A stretch of 63,041 nucleotides of DNA, filler included, from Folioceros fuciformis (taxonomy: Eukaryota): NCBI GenBank assembly GCA_049999805.1. It is 32 parts of 32 records of this genome, joined end to end, with 100 filler letters (N's around TTAATTAATTAA, not from the genome) between each part and the next. Parts side by side here need not be neighbours in the genome. Positions count along the whole stretch, not along the records: positions 47,546 to 48,687 come from JBNGIO010003789.1; positions 48,788 to 50,115 come from JBNGIO010003790.1; positions 50,216 to 53,221 come from JBNGIO010003792.1; positions 53,322 to 54,720 come from JBNGIO010003793.1; positions 54,821 to 56,971 come from JBNGIO010003794.1; positions 57,072 to 58,287 come from JBNGIO010003795.1; 26 more parts are not named here. The stretch is one strand, 5' to 3'. The first letter of the stretch is position 1, and each line of letters begins with the position of its first letter. The notes below the pieces were generated by a model. That model searched no databases. It was not told the origin of the DNA and was given only the letters and a program-made list of their open reading frames with translations. The translations under genes and the position numbers were made by a program. Positions 47,546 through 58,387 of the stretch are shown piece after piece.

Positions 47546-48687
47546 AGGAGCCATAGGAGGAGGAGGAACACCACCAGTCAGAAAAGTAAAGGGCTGAACA
47601 AAGGGATCAATAGAAGTATCACCAGAAGAGCGAGGAGTGCTCGAGCCAAAGGAAGCACCATCTTGCACGTTAAGAGGAGGCTCAAATGACGTCGCAAGAT
47701 CAAGCACTATCTTAGCTTCATCAAAGGTGACAGTGCGGGCGTAGATAGGAATCCGAGAGTCCAAGTCCACGAGCTTGTAGGCTTTGCGGTCATCGTCATA
47801 ATCGACAAACACCAACTTGCGAGCACGAGCATCAAGCTTGTCGCGAAGCTGTGATGGGACAAGAGCATAGGCAGGGCAACCAAAAACACGAAGATGTGAA
47901 ATTAAAGGGTTGCTCCCATGCCAACACTCATATGGAGTACGGCCAGAAACCAACTTGGTGAGGACTTTGTTCTTAATGTACATTGCAGTAGACATAGCCT
48001 CAGCCCAAAAGGACTTGGGTAGCTAGGACTGTGCCAGCATGGCATGAGCCATGGACATCAAATTGCCATAGGCCTTCTCAGCAACGCCGTTCTGCTCAGA
48101 AGTCTAGGGCANNNNNNNNNNAGGAGCCATAGGAGGAGGAGGAACACCACCAGTCAGAAAAGTAAAGGGCTGAACAAAGGGATCAATAGAAGTATCACCA
48201 GAAGAGCGAGGAGTGCTCGAGCCAAAGGAAGCACCATCTTGCACGTTAAGAGGAGGCTCAAATGACGTCGCAAGATCAAGCACTATCTTAGCTTCATCAA
48301 AGGTGACAGTGCGGGCGTAGATAGGAATCCGAGAGTCCAAGTCCACGAGCTTGTAGGCTTTGCGGTCATCGTCATAATCGACAAACACCAACTTGCGAGC
48401 ACGAGCATCAAGCTTGTCGCGAAGCTGTGATGGGACAAGAGCATAGGCAGGGCAACCAAAAACACGAAGATGTGAAATTAAAGGGTTGCTCCCATGCCAA
48501 CACTCATATGGAGTACGGCCAGAAACCAACTTGGTGAGGACTTTGTTCTTAATGTACATTGCAGTAGACATAGCCTCAGCCCAAAAGGACTTGGGTAGCT
48601 AGGACTGTGCCAGCATGGCATGAGCCATGGACATCAAATTGCCATAGGCCTTCTCAGCAACGCCGTTCTGCTCAGAAGTCTAGGGCA
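47546..48687 (-). mobile_element. pol: Copia integrase fragment, 566 bp, present twice across a 10-N gap (47546-48111 = 48122-48687)
   Basis: QNGVAE, FWAEAMSTAMY, HLRVFGCPAYA, KLDARARK; the exact duplication suggests an artefact. Confidence 0.9.
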
Positions 48688-48787
48688 NNNNNNNNNNNNN
48701 NNNNNNNNNNNNNNNNNNNNNNNNNNNNNNNTTAATTAATTAANNNNNNNNNNNNNNNNNNNNNNNNNNNNNNNNNNNNNNNNNNNN

Positions 48788-49135
48788 AAGGTAGTGGTGT
48801 CATTGTTAGTTGCTGGTGTTGGTGCTGGAGTGAGTGAGGGAAGCCGCAGATCTAAGAGGTTAGGGTCGTTGTAGTGACTGGAGTGAGTGTGTGGGCACCG
48901 AGAGAGGTGCAGCTGACCGCTGGACAGCAAGGCCTGTCCTATGCCTGATCGGAGCTGGAGGGGAGCCCTCGAATCCATCATCGAGTCGATCAAGTCCGAC
49001 CCTCCATCCACAGCAGTAAGGAACCCCATCGCTCCTTCGTGGGAACGAAACCCAATGTCTAAACGATAGTGGGATAAGTGTGGCCACTAAAGGTGGAACC
49101 CGTTGGCAATCAGTGCCCGGGGTTTTGCCTCCACA
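48788..49135 (+). mobile_element. LTR 3' end ...GGTTTTGCCTCCACA; other copies at 40434-40510, ~50970-51401, 52257-52421, ~57190-57377
   Basis: Copies share the terminus and have different flanks. Confidence 0.8.
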
Positions 49136-49204
49136 TACTTATACAATAGACACCACACCTACAGCAATGGAATAGGCTGTCTACCTACGACAATGGGTGG
49201 GAAT

Positions 49205-49595
49205 GGTAGGGAACCTACCTACGAGAGGAGGGGTATGGAACCTACCTACAAGAGGAGGGGTAGGGAACCTACCTACAAGAGGAGGGGTAGGGAACCTACC
49301 TACAAGAGGAGGGGTAGGGAACCTACCTACAAGAGGAGGGGTAGGCAACCTACCTACAAGAGGAGGNNNNNNNNNNNNNNNNNNNNNNNNNNNNNNNNNN
49401 NNNNNNNNNNNNNNNNNNNNNNNNNNNNNNNNNNNNNNNNNNNNNNNNNNNNNNNNNNNNNNNNNNAACCTACCTACAAGAGGAGGGGTAGGCAACCTAC
49501 CTACAAGAGGAGGGGTAGGCAACCTACCTACGAGAGGAGGGGTAGGCAACCTACCTACGAGAGGAGGGGAAGGAATGGTAGGGACCCTACCTACG
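49205..49595 (+). repeat. 27-bp tandem repeat (AACCTACCTACAAGAGGAGGGGTAGG[G/C]), at least 10 copies spanning a gap
   Basis: Direct reading. Confidence 0.93.
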
Positions 49596-52489
49596 AAGGG
49601 AGCAACAGGTGCCCTACCTACGGAGAGAACATTCCAACACTACGTAGGGAAGGAGCTCAAGTTAAGGAACAAGGGGATCCCTTCCCTACCAAACTTGTAG
49701 GTGGTGGTGAAGGGATATCCCAAGAGATCCACACAGAGGAAGGTATGGTGGAAGTTCATGGATCCAAAAGAAGACGAATCCCAATAATGGAGGGGGGCCT
49801 AGTGGCTCAGCCTCCCTTCAGGAGCCCTCCTAGCCACACCTTTTTGAAAAGGGGTCAACAAATCTTCTATGGCGGCACTGATAGTCCTAATCTTCATCGG
49901 CACGCACTGCCCTAGCAATTATTGGTAGGACTTAGCCTCTTGGTAGGTGTGCGCAGTTAAAGTTGGTGGCGCCTAGTGTGAGAGAAGGGTAGCCCACCAC
50001 CTACATGTAGGAGAGGGTTCATATGTCGATCTCTCCTATAAGGAGGGGCTACACAAAGAAATGAACCGCCACATTCTGCACTCTTCTCATGGCGAGTTCT
50101 CATGCTCAGCAGAGCNNNNNNNNNNNNNNNNNNNNNNNNNNNNNNNNNNNNNNNNNNNNTTAATTAATTAANNNNNNNNNNNNNNNNNNNNNNNNNNNNN
50201 NNNNNNNNNNNNNNNTGGCCGAGGAACCATTTCGGCTGGAAGCTTATTCCGCTGAATAAGCTGCCGTTTTCAGGCTAGGTTCCTGCTGCTGATCCCATTG
50301 CTCCCCACCCCCTCTCTATCTTTCCCACTACTCATACTTCTCCCCTGGAGGCTGGCTCAGCCACCAAGGGTGAACAGTTGCAGGGGAAGACTTAGCGAAC
50401 GGCCAACCAGCAAGAAAGAGGCGGCGTCCGTAGATTTTCAAAGATTAGGCATTCTTTAAAGTCTCAGGATAGTTTAAGAGGTGGTAGATACTCGTGGTGG
50501 TAGGGTCAGCAAGTTGTAGGGATAGCTCATTGGTGGTAGGATGTGCTAGGAAAGTCTAAATAAGTGGTTGGTGACAGCCGTCTAGGCTAGTGGTCCTATT
50601 AAAATAATATTTATCAAGATAGAGAGAGGTGAAGTCAGAGAGAGAGAGNNNNNNNNNNNNNNNNNNNNNNNNNNNNNNNNNNNNNNNNNNNNNNNNNNNN
50701 NNNNNNNNNNNNNNNNNNNNNNNNNNNNNNNNNNNNNNNNNNNNNNNNTGTCCCTGCTTGGATACAGCAGTGTGTGTGCCGGCTGTGCATGTGTGCAGCG
50801 TCTGGTAAAGCTTTGAGAAGTGGTGGCCAGAGTTAAGGGCAGGGTCCCTTTTAATTCTTGATCGTGCTCTCCGTGCCGTGTCCCCATGATTTGTCACTTT
50901 CGTTTCCTCGTAGGGCTGGAGTGAGTGCCGACCGTGCTTGCATGGTGTCTGGTAGGATCGTGGGTGGTGGCATGCTTTTCTTCGGGGTTAGTCTAGTGAC
51001 TCTTGCCGGGTAGGGGGAGTCCATAGGGAAGCGTAGAAGGTAGTGGTGTCGTTGTTAGTTGCTGGTATTGGTGCTGGAGTGAGAGAGCGAGTGAAGTGAG
51101 TGAGGGAAGTCGTAGATCTGAGAGGTTAGGGTCGTTGTAGTGACTGGAGTGAGTTTGTGGGCACTGAGAGAGGTGCAGGTGACCATTGGACAGTGAGGCC
51201 TATCCTACGCCTGATCGGAGCTGGAGGGGAGCCCTCGAATCCATCATCAAGTCGATTGAGTCTGACCCTCCTTCCACAGCAGCAAGGAACCCCATCGCTC
51301 CTTCGTGGGAACGAAACCCAATGTCTCAACGACAGTGGGATAATTGTGGCCACTAAAGGTGGAACCCGTTGGCAATTAATGCCTGGGGTTTTGCCTCTAC
51401 AGGCAGCCTGGTTGGTCGGCAGGTAGACCAGCTGCAAGGGAAATTCAGCCAAATAGCCATACCGATCTAGTAGGCTAGCAGGTGAATCCAAGCCCGGCCG
51501 GATCGCTAAGGTTGGACGGGGCCGGGATGGCAGGATCTAGGCAACCATGGCAGGTGGCCTGGCTTGTCGATGAGCAGGTTGGCTGCTGGCAGGTCCGGGA
51601 AGCCTGGCTGATCGGCTAGCTTGGATGATGGTAGCGGATCGTGGCGCTGAATCCTGGTGGGCGTGGATAGGACTGGTGGCTGGACCTAGCGAGCAGACTT
51701 GCCGTGGGGCATAGGAGGACAAGGCGGATCCCGCTAGCCGACTGCAGGCAAGCAACCCAGCCCGGCCTGTAGGCAAGTATCCGGGTGGGCCAGGTGGGTG
51801 GCTGCCAAGGTCGAAGATAGGGCACTCTAGGCTGTAGCAAACGGCGGTGGAGTCTGGGCATGTAGCGGCCTGCTAGGTGGTTGGCTAGAGCTGGTCAGGT
51901 GGGGCTAGGGTGGATCCTGGCGGACTGCTGGTTGGCGGCAAGGGCTAAAGCATGTAGGTGGGCCTGTGGATCCAGGCAGCAAGGCCAACTGGCTGGACCA
52001 TGGCCAGTTGGCAGGTTGGCAAAATCAAGGCCGAAGCCGCCAGGCTGCAGCGGGCGAATCTGGCCGGGATGGTAGGGTGGTCGGAGGTGGCCTTGCAGGC
52101 GCATCTTGCCTACCAAGCAGCCGACAAGCGGGCCAGCAGCGCAGGTAGACCCTAGGCGGCATCGAATCCAGGCTGGGTAGGCTGGCGGGGGGTTGAAGAT
52201 TGGCGGCCTAGCGGCTTGCCCAGTCGGGCCTGACCAAGCGGGCGACTGGGGGAGTCTATTGAGTCTATCATCGAGTCGATTGACTCCGACCCTCCTTCCA
52301 CAATAGCAAGGAACCCCATCGCTCCTTCGTGGGAACGGAACCCAATATCTCAACGATAGTGGGATAAGTGTGGCCATTAAAGGTAGAACCCGTCGGCAAT
52401 CAGTGCCCGGGGTTTTGCCTCGAAAGTTTGACCAACTCATCCCATGCTTCTTTAGGTGACCGTATACGGTCCCTAAAACATTACATTAG

Positions 52490-52779
52490 GGCTCTTCTTT
52501 AACTTGCACACCATATTCTCTTTGCCCTTCTCCATGAAACCCTCTGGTTGCTGCATGTATACCTCTTCTTGGAGATCACCATGCAGAAATGCCGACTTCA
52601 CATCCATCTGGACAAGTTCCATGTCGTGCTTTGCAACCAGACCAAGAACACATCGCAAGGTGGTCATTTTGACAACTGGTGAGAAAATCTCATCAAAGTC
52701 AGTACCTTGCTGTTGCTTAAAACCCTTAGCAACCAATTGCGCCTTATACTTGGGTTTGCCATAATGGGGTATGTCCTTC
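52490..52779 (-). mobile_element. pol: Copia RT fragment, interrupted by the LTR at 52780
   Basis: VAKGFKQQQGTDFDEIFSPVVK, MDVKSAFLHGDL. Confidence 0.9.
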
Positions 52780-53221
52780 TGTCGAGGGCCTAAGTGTTTG
52801 GGCCTTAGGCATTAAGTAGCCGCATATCATAACCTAAACCTAACCGCCACCAGGACCAACCGTTGCCGGGTATGACGGTTGAGTCAAGGGACACGTCCCT
52901 AGACCTGGACGTGTCCGCTGACCCTTATGTATCACGCTGCTCGCGTGAGCTAATCTAATCTTGTCTTTCTGCTAGCATGCATATGATCTCTAGTTTTTTT
53001 GCCTATCTCCTATGTTGCCATAATGCGATATGGTATTAGAGCCATTAATCGCTTTTTTCTTGGCCTGCATCTCGCCTGAGAATGGATTCTTGGAGAATGC
53101 ACAATCTCGTGAGCATTCATCTTAGAAGAGCAGGTCAAGACGTTAGCATCTAGGAGAGATCGCAGCGCCTCTCAAGGCCTGCATCATGCCTCGACGCGAT
53201 CGAAGATCCCAACGCCAGAAT
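52780..53221 (+). mobile_element. Copia 5' LTR (52780-53030, TGTCG...GCGATA), PBS-Met (53031-53042) and start of extra ORF (ATG 53186)
   Basis: Diverged relative of LTR 3944-4182; TGGTATTAGAGC; MPRRDRRSQRQN. Confidence 0.85.
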
Positions 53222-53321
53222 NNNNNNNNNNNNNNNNNNNNNNNNNNNNNNNNNNNNNNNNNNNNTTAATTAATTAANNNNNNNNNNNNNNNNNNNNNNN
53301 NNNNNNNNNNNNNNNNNNNNN

Positions 53322-53530
53322 AACACATAGATATGCTTCTTAAACAATTGAGCAACTTCTAAAGCCTTCACTTGCTTCTTCGTGGGGATAAAGTGTGCTT
53401 GCTTGCTGAACCTATCAGAAATTGTCATGATATATGTGTATCCATTACTGGGTGGCAATGGCATAACAAAATCCATTGATATGCTCTTCGAAGGCCCACT
53501 TGGAATAGGCAGGGGTTGCAACAAACCTCA
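53322..53530 (-). mobile_element. pol: Ty3/Gypsy integrase fragment (chromovirus-like)
   Basis: GLLQPLPIP..P..SISMDFV..LP, DRFSKQAHFIP. Confidence 0.88.
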
Positions 53531-53823
53531 TGGATTTGTCTGCTCTACCTTATCCTGCTCAATAAATTCACATGGTTCTCTTGAATTTGGTGGATTTCAG
53601 GTCAAATCAGCCAAGAATTGCTTCTCATCCTGCAATCTTCCACACCCCTTAGATCCGCCTCAATTCTTGACGGAGTTTGCTCGATTCTGGCATCATTTGG
53701 CAGAAGTTGAGTAATAGGGGGCANNNNNNNNNNNNNNNNNNNNNNNNNNNNNNNNNNNNNNNNNNNNNNNNNNNNNNNNNNNNNNNNNNNNNNNNNNNNN
53801 NNNNNNNNNNNNNNNNNNNNNNN

Positions 53824-54226
53824 TGCAAAGCCCTGTGTCTGAATTTGGTGTATTTCAGGTCAGGATCAGCCTAGAATTGCTTCTCATCCTAAAATCTTCC
53901 ACACCCCCTTAGATCTGCCTCAATTCTCAACGGAGTTTGTTCGATTCTGGCACCATTTGGCAGAAGTTGAGTAATAGGGGGCAGATCCTCTGTGGGAATA
54001 CCTTCTCCCCCTACACGCCTGCAGATTGGGGGAAATTGAGCCAGTTTAGAGATACTAAGATCGACCGAGATCCAATCCCCCTCTTCCCCAATCAGGCTCC
54101 AATCAGCAATTTCTCGTAAGTTGAGGCGCCTAATTCTTGGCAGAGGAAGGGCGCCCTGTAGGCGCGACCAGCCCTGGCTTGAAATCGTTGTGAGTGGGTC
54201 ATCGGCGCCTCCGATCGGTGTGCCCA
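53824..54226 (+). mobile_element. Probable Gypsy 3' region: PPT-like AATAGGGGGCAG then candidate LTR start TGTGGG at 53991
   Basis: Pre-PPT region is duplicated at 53575-53722; TGTGGG complements the CCCACA LTR end at 60725. Confidence 0.45.
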
Positions 54227-54570
54227 AAGATCCTCCTTGGTTTCATTTACGCTTCCAGCGATTCATATGTACAAAAAATATACACCTCAAATTCATCCTC
54301 AAGGAGAGTAGAGAGGGCAGCCCGTGCTCTTTCAAAACTCCAGAGATAAGCATCCTAGGGTTGGATCAGCACTCGGATGGGAGACTTGTTTTGGTGCACT
54401 CATCTTTTTTTCCTCCCTTTTTTCATCCATCAATTTGGATTTGCTCTCTACTGATGGATTGGGTCCATGTTGTCTTCTACAAATCTATGGAGGGGGTCGC
54501 TGAGAGGTCGTACACTACTTGACAATAGATGCCCAACCATAATGCAAAGACATTTATAAAAGAAGTCCAT

Positions 54571-54720
54571 GCTCTGATACCATGTTAAAATCCTAGTAGT
54601 AGGATTGCATCTAATCTAGCATGATTAGGATTGCATCTAGTCTAGAATGATGTTTGTTGTTATGTGTAGATTACTGTTAAGAAAAAGAGCGGAAGCTCTT
54701 GCACACAAAAACCAGAAGTG
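54571..54720 (-). mobile_element. LTR 3' end (...AACA at 54583) plus PBS-Met (54571-54582)
   Basis: GCTCTGATACCA-TG on the plus strand. Confidence 0.85.
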
Positions 54721-55142
54721 NNNNNNNNNNNNNNNNNNNNNNNNNNNNNNNNNNNNNNNNNNNNTTAATTAATTAANNNNNNNNNNNNNNNNNNNNNNNN
54801 NNNNNNNNNNNNNNNNNNNNGAGGGACGACTGGTGGTAGCCCGACGGGCGGTAAGGAGAGAAAGCAGGCAGGGCATAAAAACCCAAGAGAAAGGGGAGCT
54901 TTGTTCAACATCCGAAAGCGCGGGGAGCGGGAGTAACTTGAAGCGTGAAGCGGCTGAAGGAGGAGAAAGGGCCAGGACGACGGGGCAGACGGCGCAGGGC
55001 GTGAGGGTTGAGCAGGCACAGGGGAGTGGGAGACCTCCAAGGCGCGAGCGGTGGAGAGAGCTGGGCGAACAAAGGAAGAGCCAGAGCGTGACCAGGACAG
55101 AAGAGTTCCGAGCCCGAGCGTGAGGGGAGGAGGACAGCTAGG

Positions 55143-55513
55143 ATGAGGTCGCGGCCTGAACTGATCCCTGGAGCAGCAGCCTCTAGACAGGAGGGGGGAC
55201 CTCCTGTCCCCCAAATCGACCTACTCCTGTGGCCCAATATAGAGCACTGGAGGGTCAGGGCAGGAAAGTTGGTGGCAAAGCTGGGTCTGACTTTTATGAC
55301 CCAGAAGTGGAACTATGCAGCACCCCAGTTGGTTAGGGAGTGCGCCTTGAGGCTGATAGAGCCTGTACGCGAGGAGGGGATCAGAGGTACACCCCAGGAA
55401 TGGAACCTGGAGTTGATTAGGAGGGTCTACAAGCGCGACCAACAGGAGGAAGGGGGACTAGTGCTGGAGTCCCTGAAGAGGCGTGGCGGAACGAGAGCCG
55501 CGGAAACGCTGCT
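55143..55513 (+). pseudogene. Accessory ORF copy truncated by insertion of the TGTGAAC terminus at 55514
   Basis: MRSRPELIPG...RAAETLL, then an abrupt switch to sequence nearly identical to 56181 onward. Confidence 0.85.
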
Positions 55514-56180
55514 TGTGAACGAAAAAAACTTTCGGAATCCCCATTTTGAGCGACGGAATGAGCGGGTTGTGATTCTTTTTGTGAAGGGACAGGCGAATCG
55601 GCTTAGTAAGCGAGTNNNNNNNNNNNNNNNNNNNNNNNNNNNNNNNNNNNNNNNNNNNNNNNNNNNNNNNNNNNNNNNNNNNNNNNNNNNNNNNNNNNNN
55701 NNNNNNNNNNNNNNNGGGCAACGGTCGCCTAACGGTCTACCGCTCGTGGGTCCCACTCTCTCTCTCTCTCTCTCTCTCAATTCCCTCTCTCTAGGGTTTT
55801 CTCTCCCACCGGGTCGTTCCTACCCGACAGATTACCTCCTGCCCGCGCATCCCCGTTTGCACTTCCCTTCCTTGGTTCACCACAAAACCGCCTCACTCAG
55901 CTCAGAAACAAGCGCACGCACACATGAACAGCAGTTGGACGCCTTCCACCCGCGTGATCTCACCCTTAGATACACCCCCTGCGGTCTCAATTCAGCTACT
56001 TCACAGCCTCTCCAGTCTCATCATGACCAGTCACACATACACACCACGTCTCGTTGTATCCCACACACATTACTCACCTTGCCTCCAAGGTTTCCCCGGA
56101 TTTATTCTCTCTTACCCCACTCACCAGTTCTCTGTATACATTCTACCCGTCTTAACAGTCGTCGAATCATTTCCACTCCG

Positions 56181-56971
56181 TGTGAACGAAAAAAACTTTC
56201 GGAATCCCCATTTTGAGCGACGGAATGAGCAGATTGTGATTCTTTTTGTGAAGGGACAGGCGAATCGACTTAGTAAGCGAGTAAGACCAGGGTGTTTATA
56301 CCCGAAGTCCACCTTGGGCTTCGAGGTTTGGGGTGTACTGGAGATCGGGACAAGGAGGAAGGAGGAAGCAGCGAGTGCCTCCCTGACCCTCGAGTCCTTG
56401 AGAACATTCAGGTAGGCCAAAGTAAGGGCCGAGACGACGGGGCGACGGTAGCCGGCAGGGCAACCGTCGCCGGAGGAACGACTGGTGGGAGCCCGATGGG
56501 CGGTAAGAAGAGAAAGCAGGTAGGGTATAAGAACCCTAGAGAAAGCGGAGCTTTGTCCAGTATCCGGAAGCGTGGGGAGCGGGAGTAACTTGAAGCGTAA
56601 AGTGGCTGAGGAAGGCGAAAGCGCCAGGACGACGGGACAAACGGCGCAGGGCGTAAGGGATGAGCAGACGCAGGGGAGTGGAAGACCTCCAAGGTGTGAG
56701 CCGTGGAGAGATCTGGGTGAACAGAGGAAGGGCCAGAGCGCAACCAGGACAGAAGAGTTCTGAGTCCAAGCGCGAGAGGAGGGGGACAGGCAGGATGAGG
56801 TCACGGCCTGAACTGATCCCTGGAGCAACAGCCTCTAGACAGGAGAGGGGACCTCCTGTCCCCCAAATCGACCTACTTCTGTGGCCCAACATGGAGCATT
56901 GGAGAGTCAGGGCAGGAAAATTGGTGGCAGAGCTGGGTCTGACTTTTATGACCCAGAAGTGGAACCATGCA
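56181..56971 (+). mobile_element. Element terminus TGTGAACG, leader with TATA-like TATAAG (56526) and start of accessory ORF (ATG 56795)
   Basis: Terminus defined by two copies with different left flanks; continuous gap-free sequence into the ORF. Confidence 0.8.
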
Positions 56972-57633
56972 NNNNNNNNNNNNNNNNNNNNNNNNNNNNN
57001 NNNNNNNNNNNNNNNTTAATTAATTAANNNNNNNNNNNNNNNNNNNNNNNNNNNNNNNNNNNNNNNNNNNNTCTCGACCTGTCCACTCTTGTTCCTTGTT
57101 TGGACAAGTGCTGTAGGCTGGTCATGTCTCATGGCATCTGGTAAGGTTGTGGGGAGGAGATATCCAAGAGGGGGGTGTGTTCCCTTCTTTCTTTTCTTTG
57201 GGGTTAGTCTAGTGACTCTTGCCGGGTAGGAGGAGTCAGCAGGGAAGTGTAGAAGGTAGTGGTGTCATTGTTAGTTGCTGGTGTTGGTGTTGGAGTGAGA
57301 GAGTGAGTGAAGTGAGTGAGAGAAGTCGCAGATCTAAGAGGTTAGGGTCGTTGTAATGACTGGAGTGAGTTTGTGGGCTGGTCAGGAGATAGCGGTGGTG
57401 GAGTTTAGAAAGTGAACAATCGTTTAACTAACTCGTGGCCGTGGAGAGCGTGAAGTAGTGGGTGGGGTGTGTCCGTGGTGCTGCGTGTGTGGAACCCTAA
57501 GTGAGGCGTGTGAGGGCGAGTTGGGGCCTCGGGNNNNNNNNNNNNNNNNNNNNNNNNNNNNNNNNNNNNNNNNNNNNNNNNNNNNNNNNNNNNNNNNNNN
57601 NNNNNNNNNNNNNNNNNNNNNNNNNNNNNNNNN

Positions 57634-57705
57634 GCCAAGATCAAGGCCAGGCTTGGACAGGCCAAGATCAAGGCCAGGCTTGGACAGGCCAAGATCAAGG
57701 CCAGG
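57634..57705 (+). repeat. 27-bp tandem repeat (GCCAAGATCAAGGCCAGGCTTGGACAG), ~2.7 copies, at the start of a GC-rich degenerate tract (to 58287)
   Basis: Direct reading. Confidence 0.8.
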
Positions 57706-58387
57706 CAGGTTGGGTCTCGTGGGAAGGCTGGCTGGGCCGCGGCCAAGCAACAGGCGACCAGCAGGCTGGCTGCCTGGCCGAGGCTTGGAGCCAGCAGCAA
57801 CTGGCTGGGCTGGCCGGCTGGTTAAGGCTGAAGGCTGGAGGCGGAGGCGGGCTGCGAGGGCCTGAGCAGTTTAGCCGGCTGGTTGGACTATGGCCAGTCA
57901 GCGGCCTGTCGACATCATGGGGACCGGCCAGGATGTAGGCAGAAAGGCAGCCAGTGTGCCGGCGGATGGCGGGTGATGGCCGGCTGAGGGATCTCGCCAG
58001 CAGCAGGCAGGCAGCAGCCGGCTAGCTGGGCCGTCTGCCTGGCCAGATCCAGGAGGGCAGGCCAGCATGGCAGGTCTGTTGCTGTAGCCAGCCCGCCGGC
58101 TGGCCACAGTCCAGCCAGTCGGCCGGATTGCTTGGATCCCCGCAGCCCGCCGGCTCCTAGGTCGCCTAGTTGCTGCTTAGCAGCCGGCCTCTGCTGGCTA
58201 GCCCCTGCTAGGCCGATTCACCCCGGCCGCCTACCTGGCCTCCAGTGGCCGGGCCTGCTGGAGGCCAGCTGGATCCAGCTGCTGCTGNNNNNNNNNNNNN
58301 NNNNNNNNNNNNNNNNNNNNNNNNNNNNNNNTTAATTAATTAANNNNNNNNNNNNNNNNNNNNNNNNNNNNNNNNNNNNNNNNNNNN

